A DNA stretch of 64,000 nucleotides, from the NCBI GenBank assembly GCA_041390305.1, contig JAWKQE010000028.1, positions 5,967-69,966 on the forward strand, read 5' to 3'. The notes under the pieces were generated by a model. It was not told the DNA's origin. It worked only from the letters and a program-made list of their open reading frames with translations, and ran no database searches. This document shows, one piece after another, positions 54,688 to 64,000 of this stretch (position 1 is the stretch's first letter; each line of letters begins with the position of its first letter). The translations under genes and the position numbers were made by a program. Source of the DNA: Candidatus Eiseniibacteriota bacterium. Lineage in GTDB: Bacteria; Eisenbacteria; RBG-16-71-46; CAIMUX01.

Positions 54688-56202
54688 ATGAGAGCGCCAC
54701 GAACCTGGGTGTGGGCTGTTCTCCTCCCTCTGCTCGCACTATCCGGCTTCTCGTGCTCGGACGATGACCCGACCGGCGTGCGCTACACCGCGGCGATCGA
54801 AGGCAGCATCACGTTCGCGGAACCCCCGAGCTCGGTCTATGGGCGCGCTACACCTACCTCTGGAAGTGAGAACTCTGGGTCGGCCGAGTTCGACGTCGAA
54901 CCGGACGGTGAGTTTTCCGTGTCCCTTCCCCCAGGCGAGTACCTACTCGATTTTCGGGTGAGGTTCGGTGATCAGAGTCGCCATCTCTATGTGGGAGACT
55001 CCGAGGTGTCCTACTCGGGCCGAATCCGTCCGATCCGGGTCGACGAACGTGCGAGAACGAGAGAGGTGCACGTTTCGCTGGGTTCGTTGGAGATCCTGGT
55101 GGAAGCGCTGCCTGAGTGGGAAGGCGACGAGGTGCGACTCGACTCGCCGCTCGAGGCGAAGGTCGGAACGGTCGAGAACGGAGTCGCGACCTTCCTGGAT
55201 CCCTGTGTACCAGCCGGCAGGTACACGCCCGTACTCCGCCACGGTTCGATCTCCTACTACTTCCCTTCGGCACAGCACTGGTTGGAAGCGGACACGGTCG
55301 AGGTCGTCGCCGGATTCGCCACGAGCTGTTCGTTCGACCTGACTCACCCCGCGCGGATCCAGGGGACGGTCGATGGAGGTGAGAGGCGGCGCCATCTGGG
55401 CGTTCGTTCGACGGTGAATGGACTGGGTGCTTACTACGAGCTTCCGCTGGACGGGACGTTCGACATCCCGGTCTTCTACGACGGGGAGGTCGAGGTCGCC
55501 GTCTCCGACGACACAGGCCAGATCTACACAATCACGGATGAAGAGCATCGGCCGTGGACGTTCCAACTGACTCGGGGAGGTACCACCCGAGTCGACGTTC
55601 CGAACTGGGACGTCCGAATCGAGTTCGAGGGCGTGTCTTTCATCGCCGACGTTGCGGGGGGAGTGTCCTTCCGTTCGGTCGACGTCCCGATCTCGTATTC
55701 GCGCGGGTGGGGGGACTTGGAGGATGGAATCGTCGGACTCGTGCCGCCCGGTCGCTACAAGGTCGAGGCCGTGGTCGGTGGGTGTGGACGGCCCTGGCTC
55801 ACGACCTGGTATCCCGACGCGGAGGACAGCTCGTCGGGCACCGTGGTCGAGTTGAACGATGACCCGGCTTCCCGGGTCCTGCGCTTCGAGCTGAGACGGG
55901 CACCCAGGATCGAGGGCCACCTTCGGTATCGAGGTACGCAGATCGGGGTCCGGGGTACGGTGTCACTCTTCGAGATCGGATCGGACGACGGCTTGTGTCC
56001 CCTGTCCATGTCGGGGCGGGGAGACGGCCGTTTCCTCCTGCAGGGCATCTCTCCAGGTACCTACTTCGTCCGCGCGAGATGGAGCACCCCCGACGGCCTC
56101 GCCGAAGTCTGGTATCCCGGTGTCGACTCCAGGGAAGAAGCGACGCCGATCGTCCTGGAAGAGGGCGACTCGATGGAAGGGATCGACCTTTGGGCCGACT
56201 AG
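54688..56202 (+). CDS. Paralogous lipoprotein with repeated carboxypeptidase-regulatory-like domains
   Basis: GFSC lipobox; YYFPSA, TWYPDA and VWYPGV repeats; starts 2 nt after the upstream paralog's stop. Confidence 0.7.
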   Translation: MRAPRTWVWAVLLPLLALSGFSCSDDDPTGVRYTAAIEGSITFAEPPSSVYGRATPTSGSENSGSAEFDVEPDGEFSVSLPPGEYLLDFRVRFGDQSRHLYVGDSEVSYSGRIRPIRVDERARTREVHVSLGSLEILVEALPEWEGDEVRLDSPLEAKVGTVENGVATFLDPCVPAGRYTPVLRHGSISYYFPSAQHWLEADTVEVVAGFATSCSFDLTHPARIQGTVDGGERRRHLGVRSTVNGLGAYYELPLDGTFDIPVFYDGEVEVAVSDDTGQIYTITDEEHRPWTFQLTRGGTTRVDVPNWDVRIEFEGVSFIADVAGGVSFRSVDVPISYSRGWGDLEDGIVGLVPPGRYKVEAVVGGCGRPWLTTWYPDAEDSSSGTVVELNDDPASRVLRFELRRAPRIEGHLRYRGTQIGVRGTVSLFEIGSDDGLCPLSMSGRGDGRFLLQGISPGTYFVRARWSTPDGLAEVWYPGVDSREEATPIVLEEGDSMEGIDLWAD

Positions 56203-56292
56203 TCCCTCGACTTCGAGGCTGGCCCGTCGGTCGCATGCGTCATGGGCTGCGGGGACTCTGGCCTCCGCTCGCCCTGCCCCGGGTCGGCCGAG

Positions 56293-56766
56293 TCAGATCC
56301 CGCCCGAAGACTCCGTCTTCGTCCCCCGGAACACGCGCGACACCACGATCGACCCAATGAGAGCCGCGCTTCCGATCGTCGCCACGAACCAGGTTTCGAG
56401 CCCGCCCCGCAGATACATCGTGTAGCAACTGATGCTGGACGCGATCCAGATCATCGCGATCGTGACGAGGCGGGCGCGGAGGGGCATCCCTTCCTCGCGG
56501 TTCAGATAGCGGAGGTAGGGGCGGAAGATCGGTGCCTTGACGAGTTTGTCTTCGAGCCAGGGACAGCTGCGGGTGAAGCAGTACGAGGCGAAGAGGAGGA
56601 AGATCGTCGTCGGGAGTCCGGGGAGGAACACTCCGATGAATCCGATCGCGACCGAGAGAACGCCGAGGAGCGCAAAGGTCCAGCGACGGATGGAACGTCC
56701 CGGTGAGATCGCGAGTGCCCGCGCTTCACTTCCGTTCCGGTCCATCTGTTCGTCGCGTTCGTTCAT
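56293..56766 (-). CDS. YbaN/DUF454 inner-membrane protein
   Basis: LG.IG.FLPGLPTTIFLL.A..CF.RS...L...L....F..YL.....GMP.RA. Confidence 0.88.
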   Translation of the reverse strand: MNERDEQMDRNGSEARALAISPGRSIRRWTFALLGVLSVAIGFIGVFLPGLPTTIFLLFASYCFTRSCPWLEDKLVKAPIFRPYLRYLNREEGMPLRARLVTIAMIWIASSISCYTMYLRGGLETWFVATIGSAALIGSIVVSRVFRGTKTESSGGI

Positions 56767-56818
56767 CGGGTCCAGGCGTGTCCTCGGGCCGGTGTCGATC
56801 CGTTTCGTCGTGGTTCGA

Positions 56819-57286
56819 TCAGTTCTGCGTCCCGGTCGCCCCGGTTCCGGTGGCCATGGTCCCGGCCGTCTCGGTTCCGGCGCAGCCGTGACAGACGCCG
56901 CGGAAGATGACCTGGGCTTCGTCGATCACGGACGCGACGCCCTCGGGAATCTCGAGACAGGGCTTCGATCCCTCGATGCACGGAACGTCGAGCACGACCT
57001 GGCACACTCGGCACACGAAGTGGTGGTGCCAGTGATCGCTGGCCTCGTAGAGCGCGCGGCCTGGCCCTGCGTCGGCACACATGACGAGGCCCACCTGCTG
57101 CAGGTCACCGACGACGTTGTAGACGGACTGCCGGTGGATGTCCTCGCCCCGGTCGACCAGGATCGCGAGGATCTCGTCCGCGGAGTGGTGCCCGCCGATC
57201 TCGCGCAACAGTGAGTAGACGACCTGCCTCTGGCGGGTCACCCGGAGCCCCTTCTCGCGGAGGCGCTGGACTACGGCATCAGTCAT
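56819..57286 (-). CDS. Fur-family transcriptional regulator (PerR/FurA-like)
   Basis: LR..GLRVTRQR, HHSAD, QSVYN....L...GL, HHHFVCRVC...DV.C, and a second CHGC. Confidence 0.9.
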   Translation of the reverse strand: MTDAVVQRLREKGLRVTRQRQVVYSLLREIGGHHSADEILAILVDRGEDIHRQSVYNVVGDLQQVGLVMCADAGPGRALYEASDHWHHHFVCRVCQVVLDVPCIEGSKPCLEIPEGVASVIDEAQVIFRGVCHGCAGTETAGTMATGTGATGTQN

Positions 57287-57372
57287 CTATGGTCTCGTCT
57301 CCGGAAGCGGCCTATCGAGTCTGCTCGTGAGGACAAGGGTCCCCTGTTCGGTTCGGTTGAGTCAAGGATGCG

Positions 57373-57419
57373 TTTGGACAGAGTCCAAAACGACGCAATT
57401 GGCTGTCATCAAGCCAATT
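57373..57419. promoter_or_regulatory. Two adjacent inverted repeats upstream of the Fur-family gene (probable operator)
   Basis: TTTGGAC-AGA-GTCCAAA (57373-57389) and AATTGGCT-N7-AGCCAATT (57397-57419) in an AT-rich patch. Confidence 0.55.
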
Positions 57420-57522
57420 AGAGTTTGTCGTGGCTCGCCGGGTATCCGCCCCCAACGAGCGGCGGCCAGCGGGAATCGTCCTGCTGGCCGCCAAGTGCCA
57501 TGGCTGATCCGGGGGTGTCCGG

Positions 57523-59331
57523 TCAGTTGTTCTTCTGCATCGCCTTCTTGAACGCCTCGGCCATCGCGGTATTCCCACGGTTGCCGGCGGCCGCGGGAGC
57601 CGCCGACTTGCGGTAGCTCTCGAAGCTCGCGCGTTCCTCACCGTCCTGGACGGCCTTCATGCTGAGACGGATCTTGCCGTCCGGCTGGACTTCGATCACG
57701 GCGACCTTCACCGGCGTACCGGAGGAGAACCGCTTCTCGAGGTCGGTGCCGCGGCGTTCGCCCGTCTCCTCACGAGGACAGAGCCCGCGCGTGCGCGGCC
57801 CGTACATCGGAAGGTCGACGAAGAGTCCGTACGGCTTGATGTTCGCGACCACGCCGTCGACGATGTCGCCGACCGACGGTGTCTTCTCCGGCGCGCTGCT
57901 CCGAGCGGCACGGCCGCCGCCGCCCTGGGCGGAACCCTCGCCGGCATCGGCCGCGGCGTCGCGCGGGAGCTGGTCCTTGATGGAGAGCGAGATCCGCTTC
58001 CGCTCCGTGTCGACGTTCAGCACCGTCACGTCCACCCGCTGTCCGACCTCGAGCACGTCCTTCGGATGCTTCGTCGGGGTGTGCGCGATCTCGGAGACGT
58101 GGACGAGTCCGTCGATGCCGGGAGTGAGTTCGACGAACGCTCCGAAGTCCTGCATGCGAACGACGGTGCCCTGCGTCTTCTTCCCCTGCCAGTACTGCTC
58201 GGCGATCTCCGTCCAGGGATCCGGCTGCGCGGCCTTCATGGAGAGTCCGATCCGGAGGCGCCCCTTCTGGTCCTTGTCCATCCGGAGCACCCGGACGCGC
58301 ACTTCCTGTCCGACCTTCAGTACTTCGTTCGGATCGGAGACGTGTCCGTACTGGATCTCCGACACGTGAACCAGGCCCTCGAGTCCGCCGATGTCGACGA
58401 ACGCCCCGAACGGCTGGATCCGCGCAACGCGGCCGTCGAGCTCCGAACCTTCCTTCAGCGTCTCGAGAAGCTTTCCGGCCTTCGCCTTCTCTTCCCGACG
58501 GAGGAGTGCCTTCCGGGAGACGACGAGGTTCTTGCCGCCATCGCCGATGTCCTGAACGAGGAACTCGAGCGACTGACCGAGATACGCGGAAGGTTCATTG
58601 CAGTAGCCGAGTTCGATCTGGGAGAACGGGCAGAACGCCCGCAGGCTTCCGACGTGGACTTCGAGCCCGCCGGCGTTGATCGACGCGACCTTGCCGCTGA
58701 TCGGAACGCCCTTCTCCTTCGCTTCGCGCACCGTCTGGAGTGCTTCGTCCGCCCGCAGCTGGACGGAGGGTGCGAGAAGGATCTGATCGGTGGCCGCGAC
58801 GACGAAGAGTTCGATCTCGTCACCCACCGCATACTTCATGCTTCCGTCGTCGGCCTTGAGGTGCTGCGTCTCGACCGCGCCCTCGCTCCGTCCACCGAAG
58901 TCGATGAAGGAGGTGTCGTCGCCGATCTGGATCACACGACCCTTCACCTTCGTCCCGACCTCGACCTCGTCACCGACGGACTTGGTCGAATCGAACTGGT
59001 CGAGCATCGCGCCGAACTCGGCGCGCTTCCGTGACTCGATCTGCTCTTCTTCCTCCTCGGCGGTGGCCTTGGGTGGATCCGCCTTCGGAGCGTCGGCCTT
59101 CGCTTCGACGCTTGCCGCCGGGGCTTCCGTCGCCGCTGGTGTCTCGGTCGTCGCCGGTGAGTCCACCTCCGCCTTCGCTTCCGCCGGAGCGCCCGCCTTG
59201 GGCTCTTCTGCGTCCGTCTTCGCTACAGGAGACGCCGCCGAGTCATCTGCGGGCTGCGCGACAGCATCCGCCTCCGTCGCTTTCGGGGTCTCTGGCTCGT
59301 GGGTCTCGGATGGCTGACGGTCTTCGGACAT
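57523..59331 (-). CDS. Ribosomal protein S1-like protein (five S1 domains, long acidic N-terminus)
   Basis: S1 repeats: GTKVKGRV, GVPISGKV, GSELDGRV..IQPFGAFVDIGG.EGLVHVSE, GTVVRMQDFGAFVEL.PG.DGLVHVSE, GDIVDGVV..IKPYGLFV. Confidence 0.8.
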   Translation of the reverse strand: MSEDRQPSETHEPETPKATEADAVAQPADDSAASPVAKTDAEEPKAGAPAEAKAEVDSPATTETPAATEAPAASVEAKADAPKADPPKATAEEEEEQIESRKRAEFGAMLDQFDSTKSVGDEVEVGTKVKGRVIQIGDDTSFIDFGGRSEGAVETQHLKADDGSMKYAVGDEIELFVVAATDQILLAPSVQLRADEALQTVREAKEKGVPISGKVASINAGGLEVHVGSLRAFCPFSQIELGYCNEPSAYLGQSLEFLVQDIGDGGKNLVVSRKALLRREEKAKAGKLLETLKEGSELDGRVARIQPFGAFVDIGGLEGLVHVSEIQYGHVSDPNEVLKVGQEVRVRVLRMDKDQKGRLRIGLSMKAAQPDPWTEIAEQYWQGKKTQGTVVRMQDFGAFVELTPGIDGLVHVSEIAHTPTKHPKDVLEVGQRVDVTVLNVDTERKRISLSIKDQLPRDAAADAGEGSAQGGGGRAARSSAPEKTPSVGDIVDGVVANIKPYGLFVDLPMYGPRTRGLCPREETGERRGTDLEKRFSSGTPVKVAVIEVQPDGKIRLSMKAVQDGEERASFESYRKSAAPAAAGNRGNTAMAEAFKKAMQKNN

Positions 59332-59444
59332 GGGACGCACTCCTTCAGTAGTTGCTCGAGGCCGGCACACGATCGACGATGTGCCGAAGCCGAACCGCGA
59401 GACTATCGCATCAGGAACGTCCGAGGAAAGGAGGAGACCCGTAG

Positions 59445-60413
59445 ATGTCTCCGAACCTCACGAACCCCGGCCTGCCCTCCGGCGGGGAGGGTCTGGAGGC
59501 ACCCGTCGCCGTTGGATCGTTGCTTCGGAGCATGGACCGGGGCGCGGAACTCCTCGTACTCGGGGTGGCACAGGATGCGGGCGTTCCCCACGCGGGATGT
59601 CGGCGGCCGTGCTGCGCGCGCGCGTGGGCCGATCCGTCCCTCCGACGGGCTCCGGCCTGCCTCGGGATCGTCGACAGCCGAACGAGTGCTCGATGGCTGA
59701 TCGAGGCGACACCCGAGCTGCCGCTCCAGCTCCAGCGGCTCCTCGACTGGTCGGACTCCGCGGCCATCCGGCCGCGGCCGATCCTCGACGGAGTCTTCCT
59801 GACCCATGCGCACATCGGTCACTACTTGGGTCTCGCGCAGCTCGGCCGGGAGTCACTCGGAACGCGCGGGGTGCCCGTCTACGCCATGCCGAAGCTCGGC
59901 CGGTTCCTGGCACAGAACGGCCCATGGAGCCAGCTCGTCTCCCTCGGGAACATCGAACTCCGGATCCTCGGCGAAGGGGAGCGGGTCGAGATCGGGCCGG
60001 GACTCTCCGTCGAGCCGATCGAGGTGCCGCACCGCGGCGAGTTCTCCGAGACGGTCGCGTTCCGGATCGTAGGGCCGCGGCGGTCCGTCCTCTTCCTGCC
60101 GGACATCGACCGCTGGGAGGAGTGGGGGCGGTCTCTCGAGGACGAGGTCGGCCTGGTGGACATCGCCTATCTCGACGCCACCTTTTTCGACGAGTCGGAG
60201 CTGCCGAGTCGCGCCCGGTCCGAGATCCCACACCCGCCGGTGGTGACCACGATGGAGCGGCTGGATCGCCTCGGTCCGGATCTGCGGGGGCGGGTCCGGT
60301 TCCTCCACCTCAATCACACCAACCCACTTCTCGATCCGTCGAGTGACGCCAGCCGCGAACTCGAGAGACGTGGATATCTATGCGCGGAAGAAGGGGACAG
60401 GGTGGAGCTGTGA
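59445..60413 (+). CDS. Metallo-beta-lactamase-fold hydrolase, PqqB-like family
   Basis: LGVAQDAGVPHAGC, LIEATP, FLTHAHIGHYLGL, VPHRGEFSET, FLPDIDRW, DATFF, HLNHTNP. Confidence 0.8.
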   Translation: MSPNLTNPGLPSGGEGLEAPVAVGSLLRSMDRGAELLVLGVAQDAGVPHAGCRRPCCARAWADPSLRRAPACLGIVDSRTSARWLIEATPELPLQLQRLLDWSDSAAIRPRPILDGVFLTHAHIGHYLGLAQLGRESLGTRGVPVYAMPKLGRFLAQNGPWSQLVSLGNIELRILGEGERVEIGPGLSVEPIEVPHRGEFSETVAFRIVGPRRSVLFLPDIDRWEEWGRSLEDEVGLVDIAYLDATFFDESELPSRARSEIPHPPVVTTMERLDRLGPDLRGRVRFLHLNHTNPLLDPSSDASRELERRGYLCAEEGDRVEL

Positions 60414-60436
60414 TTCAGTCAATATACTGGTGCGAT

Positions 60437-60502
60437 TGTGGTTACGCGTGAATCCGGCATTGTGGACGGAGTTGTCCACGATGTGGGTATGGATGTGGAC
60501 AA
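60437..60502. promoter_or_regulatory. Cluster of DnaA-box-like 9-mers
   Basis: TGTGGTTAC (60437), TGTGGACGG (60461), TTGTCCACG (60472), TGTGGGTAT (60482) and perfect TGTGGACAA (60494). Confidence 0.45.
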
Positions 60503-60636
60503 AGGCGTACTGGTGACACTACTGATGCGACAACTCGTACGAGTGCTGTCACATATGCTGACAATGGTGCTGGTGAGTCTGCCCGCCGAGTGGGTCGCCG
60601 GGCGAGATCCCGTTCGCGGGAACCGATAGCAAGGGA

Positions 60637-62037
60637 GTGACACACACCGCGAAGCACACCTCCTCGTGGAGGCGGGAGCTCTACCTTCTCGGGCTGTTCG
60701 TCGCCGTCCTGGTCATGGGGACCGCCGTCATCCTGAACCCGGCAGACGCCTACCTCGGACCGGGGCTCGCGTTCGACCAGCTCGGGCTTCGGCTCGCCGT
60801 GGGGCTCGGGTTCGGACCGACCGCGGTCGTGCCGCCGCTCTACCCACACTACCTCGCGATCTTCTACCGGTCCCTGGGCTACAGCCACATGGCCGTCCTT
60901 CTGTCCCAGGTGGTCCTGCTCGCCGGGTTCGCGACCTCGGTCTCGCTGATCGTTCGCTACACCGGGCTGAGTTCCCGCTACGCCTGGCTCGCGGGCGTCT
61001 TCACCGGCTTCTTCCCTCAGGCGATCGCGCTCCTCCGTCACTTCACGCCCGCGCTCCTCGTCGCGTTTCTCTGGGCGGTGGGCGTCCACGCGTGGATCCG
61101 GAATCGTCCCTACCCGTCCTGGTTCGAGACGGTCCTGGCCGGGACGGTGTTCGGAATGGTGCTGCTGGGACGGTTCGGTCTCCTCGTCCCGATCCTCGTC
61201 CTCCTGCTCGGTCGCCGGGCCTTCGGGGGGCGCACGTGGGCACCGCGCGGCAGGGCGGCGTCGGCCGTCCGGCTCGCGCCCCGCATCGTGCTGGCGGTCG
61301 TGGCGCTCTCGGCCGTCGTGACTCCGTGGATCGTTCGGAACAGCCGGCTCTACGACGAGCTGGTCTTCGTCGACACCACCTGGGCCGTGCGCTGGCGGGC
61401 CGCGACGATCCCGGGGGAGCACACGCTGGACTTCGTGATCCCCGGCCGGACCACCCGCGTCCCGGATCACACTCCCATCCTCGAAAACCGACTCGCGCTC
61501 GGTGACGTGGTTGGGTTCGCGTGCGCCGAGCCCTGGAAGCTCGTCCGGATCTGGGGACGTCGAGCGACGACGTTCGTCGGGTTCTCGGGGTGGAACGACG
61601 CCGTCACGCTCGATCGGTTCCCGTACGAAGGCCCGGCCTACCAGCTGCTCCAAGCGCTCATCTACGGCATCCTGCTCTCGTTCGCGGCGGCCTGGGTGGT
61701 GCTGCTCCGCGCCCGCGGCCGGCCGGAGCGCCTTCTCGGGAAGACGTGGCTCGCACTCGCCGGGATCGGCATCGTCACCGGCGGGATCGGCGACGTCCGC
61801 GTCTATGCGCTTCCGCTCCTCGTCCCGATCGCGATGCGAGGGCTCTGGGGGCTCCTCGTCCAGCTACGTGTTCGTCTCCGTCCACGGGAAGGAGAAGAGG
61901 GCGGACTCCTCCGTGCCTACGAGAACACGGATCCGCTCCCGAAAGGAGTCCGCGCGGCGACCGGGCTCCAGTGGTCGGCGTGGATCTCGCTCGTCGTCTC
62001 GGTGTGGGTACTCGGGATCCTGGGCCTGCTCGGGTAG
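60637..62037 (+). CDS. Multi-pass membrane protein, GT-C (ArnT/PMT-like) glycosyltransferase-like
   Basis: PPLYPHYLA...G....V.L.QV, many TM helices, PWIVRNS motif; GTG start after GGGAG. Confidence 0.6.
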   Translation: MTHTAKHTSSWRRELYLLGLFVAVLVMGTAVILNPADAYLGPGLAFDQLGLRLAVGLGFGPTAVVPPLYPHYLAIFYRSLGYSHMAVLLSQVVLLAGFATSVSLIVRYTGLSSRYAWLAGVFTGFFPQAIALLRHFTPALLVAFLWAVGVHAWIRNRPYPSWFETVLAGTVFGMVLLGRFGLLVPILVLLLGRRAFGGRTWAPRGRAASAVRLAPRIVLAVVALSAVVTPWIVRNSRLYDELVFVDTTWAVRWRAATIPGEHTLDFVIPGRTTRVPDHTPILENRLALGDVVGFACAEPWKLVRIWGRRATTFVGFSGWNDAVTLDRFPYEGPAYQLLQALIYGILLSFAAAWVVLLRARGRPERLLGKTWLALAGIGIVTGGIGDVRVYALPLLVPIAMRGLWGLLVQLRVRLRPREGEEGGLLRAYENTDPLPKGVRAATGLQWSAWISLVVSVWVLGILGLLG

Positions 62038-62161
62038 CTCACCGCACTCGCTCGGCCGGGCCCGAGGCGACGATTTCGGACTCTCGCGTAGACGATCGCC
62101 GATTCGTGCGTTGCAGTTCCGCGGTCGCGCGAAAGGGAGAGGTCGAGTAGTCTCCCGCGTC

Positions 62162-62611
62162 ATGAGTGCACCAGACGTCATCCTCTATACCGACGGCGCA
62201 TGCTCCGGAAACCCGGGACCGGGTGGATGGGCCGCCATCCTCGCCAGTCCTTCCTCCGGAAAGCGGGTCGAACTCACCGGCAGCGATCCGGAGACCACGA
62301 ACAACCGGATGGAGATGATGGCGGTGCTGGAAGGGCTCCGGCAGATCAAGAAGGCTCCGTCCAAGATCCACGTGGTGAGCGACTCGAACTACGTGATCAA
62401 GGGGCTCACCGAGTGGATCCAGGGGTGGGAGCGGAACGGTTGGAAGACCGCGAACAAGAAGCCGGTCAAGAATCGTGAACTCTGGATCGATCTGGTCACG
62501 GAAGTGCGCCGACACCAATGCACGTTCGAGTGGGTCCGGGGCCACGACGGCCACCCCGAGAACGAGCGGGTCGACCAGCTTGCGGTAGAGGCGTACCAGA
62601 AGTACCTCTGA
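62162..62611 (+). CDS. rnhA: Ribonuclease HI
   Basis: YTDGACSGNPGPGGWA, TTNNRMEM.A, DSNYV, W..NGWKT..KKPVKN.ELW, WVRGH.GH.ENER.D.LA. Confidence 0.96.
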   Translation: MSAPDVILYTDGACSGNPGPGGWAAILASPSSGKRVELTGSDPETTNNRMEMMAVLEGLRQIKKAPSKIHVVSDSNYVIKGLTEWIQGWERNGWKTANKKPVKNRELWIDLVTEVRRHQCTFEWVRGHDGHPENERVDQLAVEAYQKYL

Positions 62612-62737
62612 TACGCCTCGCAGTGACGACGCGGCCCCACCTACCCGCAGCATCGTGACGGGACGGCTGCTATCTACGCCCCAGCGCCCGACCGACTGGT
62701 GCCTGTCCGGCTGCTTGCGCCGACAGGTTCCGTGAGC

Positions 62738-63826
62738 TCAGTTCGTGATGGAGATGTGCCCGCTTCCCGAGTCGAGCGAGACTCTCGCGTCTCCGTGTCC
62801 GACTTCGAGTGCGACCTCCTCCTTGTCACGATGGTGGAAGGTGGCGCCTTCGACGTCGACTTCGACCCGTCCGTTCCCGGTCTCCGCGACCACGTCGGCG
62901 GAGGCGTCTTCCGGGAGGATGAGGTCGATCCCGCCGCTCCCCGTGTCGACGACGAAGCTGCCGTCACCCATATGCGCGAACTCGAGCGTGACGTTGCCGC
63001 TCCCGGTATCGACGTTCGCATCCTCGGCCGAGAGACCGATGCCGCGGACTCCGCCGCTTCCCGTATCGACGACCAGCTCCTCACACGTCACGTCGCGGAG
63101 GGCGACGTTTCCGCTGCCGGTGTCCACGCCGACATAGGGGCCACGCACTCGTTCTGCTTCGACGTTTCCGCTTCCGGTGTCGCAGCGGAGTTCGCCCGTG
63201 ACGTCTGCGATGTTGATGTGCCCCGCCCCGGTATCGGCCGAGACCTCGCCGGTCACGTTCTCGGCGACGATCGGACCTGCGTTGATGTCGAGCGACAGGT
63301 CTCCACGTACGCCTTCGGCTTCGATCCGTCCGATTCCGTGCTCGACCCGGAGACGTCCGCCTTCGGGCACGTAGACGTCGACGTCTGCCCAGACTTCGAG
63401 CCCTCGACCCGATCCCCGCACGTGGATCCGGTCACCGCCGACCGAGCCGAGCAGATGACGGAGCCAGCCTTCGCGATGGCTTCCTGTGCTCCGTACCGAG
63501 ATCGAAGACTCGGAGTGCCCGAGCGGTGGGTAGACGAAGTCCCGTTCCTCGTCGAGGGGGAAGACGATGTCGATCACACTCCTCCGGCCCTCGTCGGACT
63601 CGATCCGGAGGAGCTTCCGGTCCGCGTCCTCCCCGCGGACGTGGATGTCGACTCGAAACTCCTTCCCCTCGTGACCGTGAACCTCGATCTTTCCAATGAG
63701 GTTCGTCAGGACGACCGACTCGGCGCCCAACTCGAGCGACTGGTCGAACTCCTCGGCGTTCGCCGGTCCGCCGGTCAGAAAGACGCCGGCCGCCGCGCAA
63801 ACCAAAAGAGCACAAACGGTTTTCAT
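62738..63826 (-). CDS. DUF4097 beta-strand-repeat (adhesin-like) protein
   Basis: Signal peptide; repeated DTGSG.V motifs; C-terminal GDARVSLDSGSG.I.I. Confidence 0.85.
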   Translation of the reverse strand: MKTVCALLVCAAAGVFLTGGPANAEEFDQSLELGAESVVLTNLIGKIEVHGHEGKEFRVDIHVRGEDADRKLLRIESDEGRRSVIDIVFPLDEERDFVYPPLGHSESSISVRSTGSHREGWLRHLLGSVGGDRIHVRGSGRGLEVWADVDVYVPEGGRLRVEHGIGRIEAEGVRGDLSLDINAGPIVAENVTGEVSADTGAGHINIADVTGELRCDTGSGNVEAERVRGPYVGVDTGSGNVALRDVTCEELVVDTGSGGVRGIGLSAEDANVDTGSGNVTLEFAHMGDGSFVVDTGSGGIDLILPEDASADVVAETGNGRVEVDVEGATFHHRDKEEVALEVGHGDARVSLDSGSGHISITN

Positions 63827-64000
63827 GGACCCTCCTTCGTCACAGGGGTGGCGGGGGCGGTGCTGGTCGCGTCGAAATCATCACGACGCCGGGTTCGTCC
63901 ACGGTCGGCGGGGATGACGCTGCGCTGCCTGCCCACCCTCCCAAGGAACCGACTCCCCAATTCAGTACGAATTCGGACCTCCGAAGGTTGCAATCGAAGT

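Noticed and set aside
59445-60413. PQQ biosynthesis locus
   Set aside because: Only a PqqB-like MBL fold is present, with no pqqA/C/D/E nearby. Stand-alone members of this family are common.

Overview
A GC-rich (about two-thirds GC by eye) bacterial chromosome segment with about 50 protein-coding genes. I found no rRNA, convincing tRNA, CRISPR array, transposase or integrase. Secreted proteins ending in FlgD-Ig/T9SS-like domains or an 'SWGxLKxxYR' tail, together with ECF sigma-Ser/Thr kinase pairs, suggest a Candidatus Eisenbacteria/Latescibacterota/Krumholzibacteriota-type organism (inference). The main blocks are: (1) arfB; (2) a C39 peptidase, RimK-type ATP-grasp, GCS2, N-formylglutamate amidohydrolase and GNAT/nitrilase peptide-ligase cluster; (3) a minus-strand redox/signalling operon (membrane-anchored non-lipoylatable GcvH-like protein, HybA-like ferredoxin, NrfD/HybB, heme-motif histidine kinase, sigma-54 regulator, archaemetzincin) with no catalytic subunit; (4) a Phd-RelE toxin-antitoxin pair whose toxin starts at CTG and is absent from the ORF track; (5) an ECF sigma factor and two Ser/Thr kinases; (6) a TusA, DsrE, TusA/OsmC and single-barrel MetE-like operon that looks like an uncharacterised sulfur-relay/thiol-alkylation system; (7) a selenocysteine peroxiredoxin (in-frame UGA at the peroxidatic site plus a SECIS hairpin), truncated in the ORF track; (8) an orphan PhnD-type binding protein with an MCP; (9) mscS, rlmG and DUF1015-serA-serC behind a long structured leader; (10) paired lipoproteins, Fur/YbaN, an S1-domain protein, a PqqB-like MBL, a DnaA-box-like array, rnhA and DUF4097. 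Three genes carry frameshifts that look like assembly indels. All family assignments come from motif recognition by eye, not from database searches.
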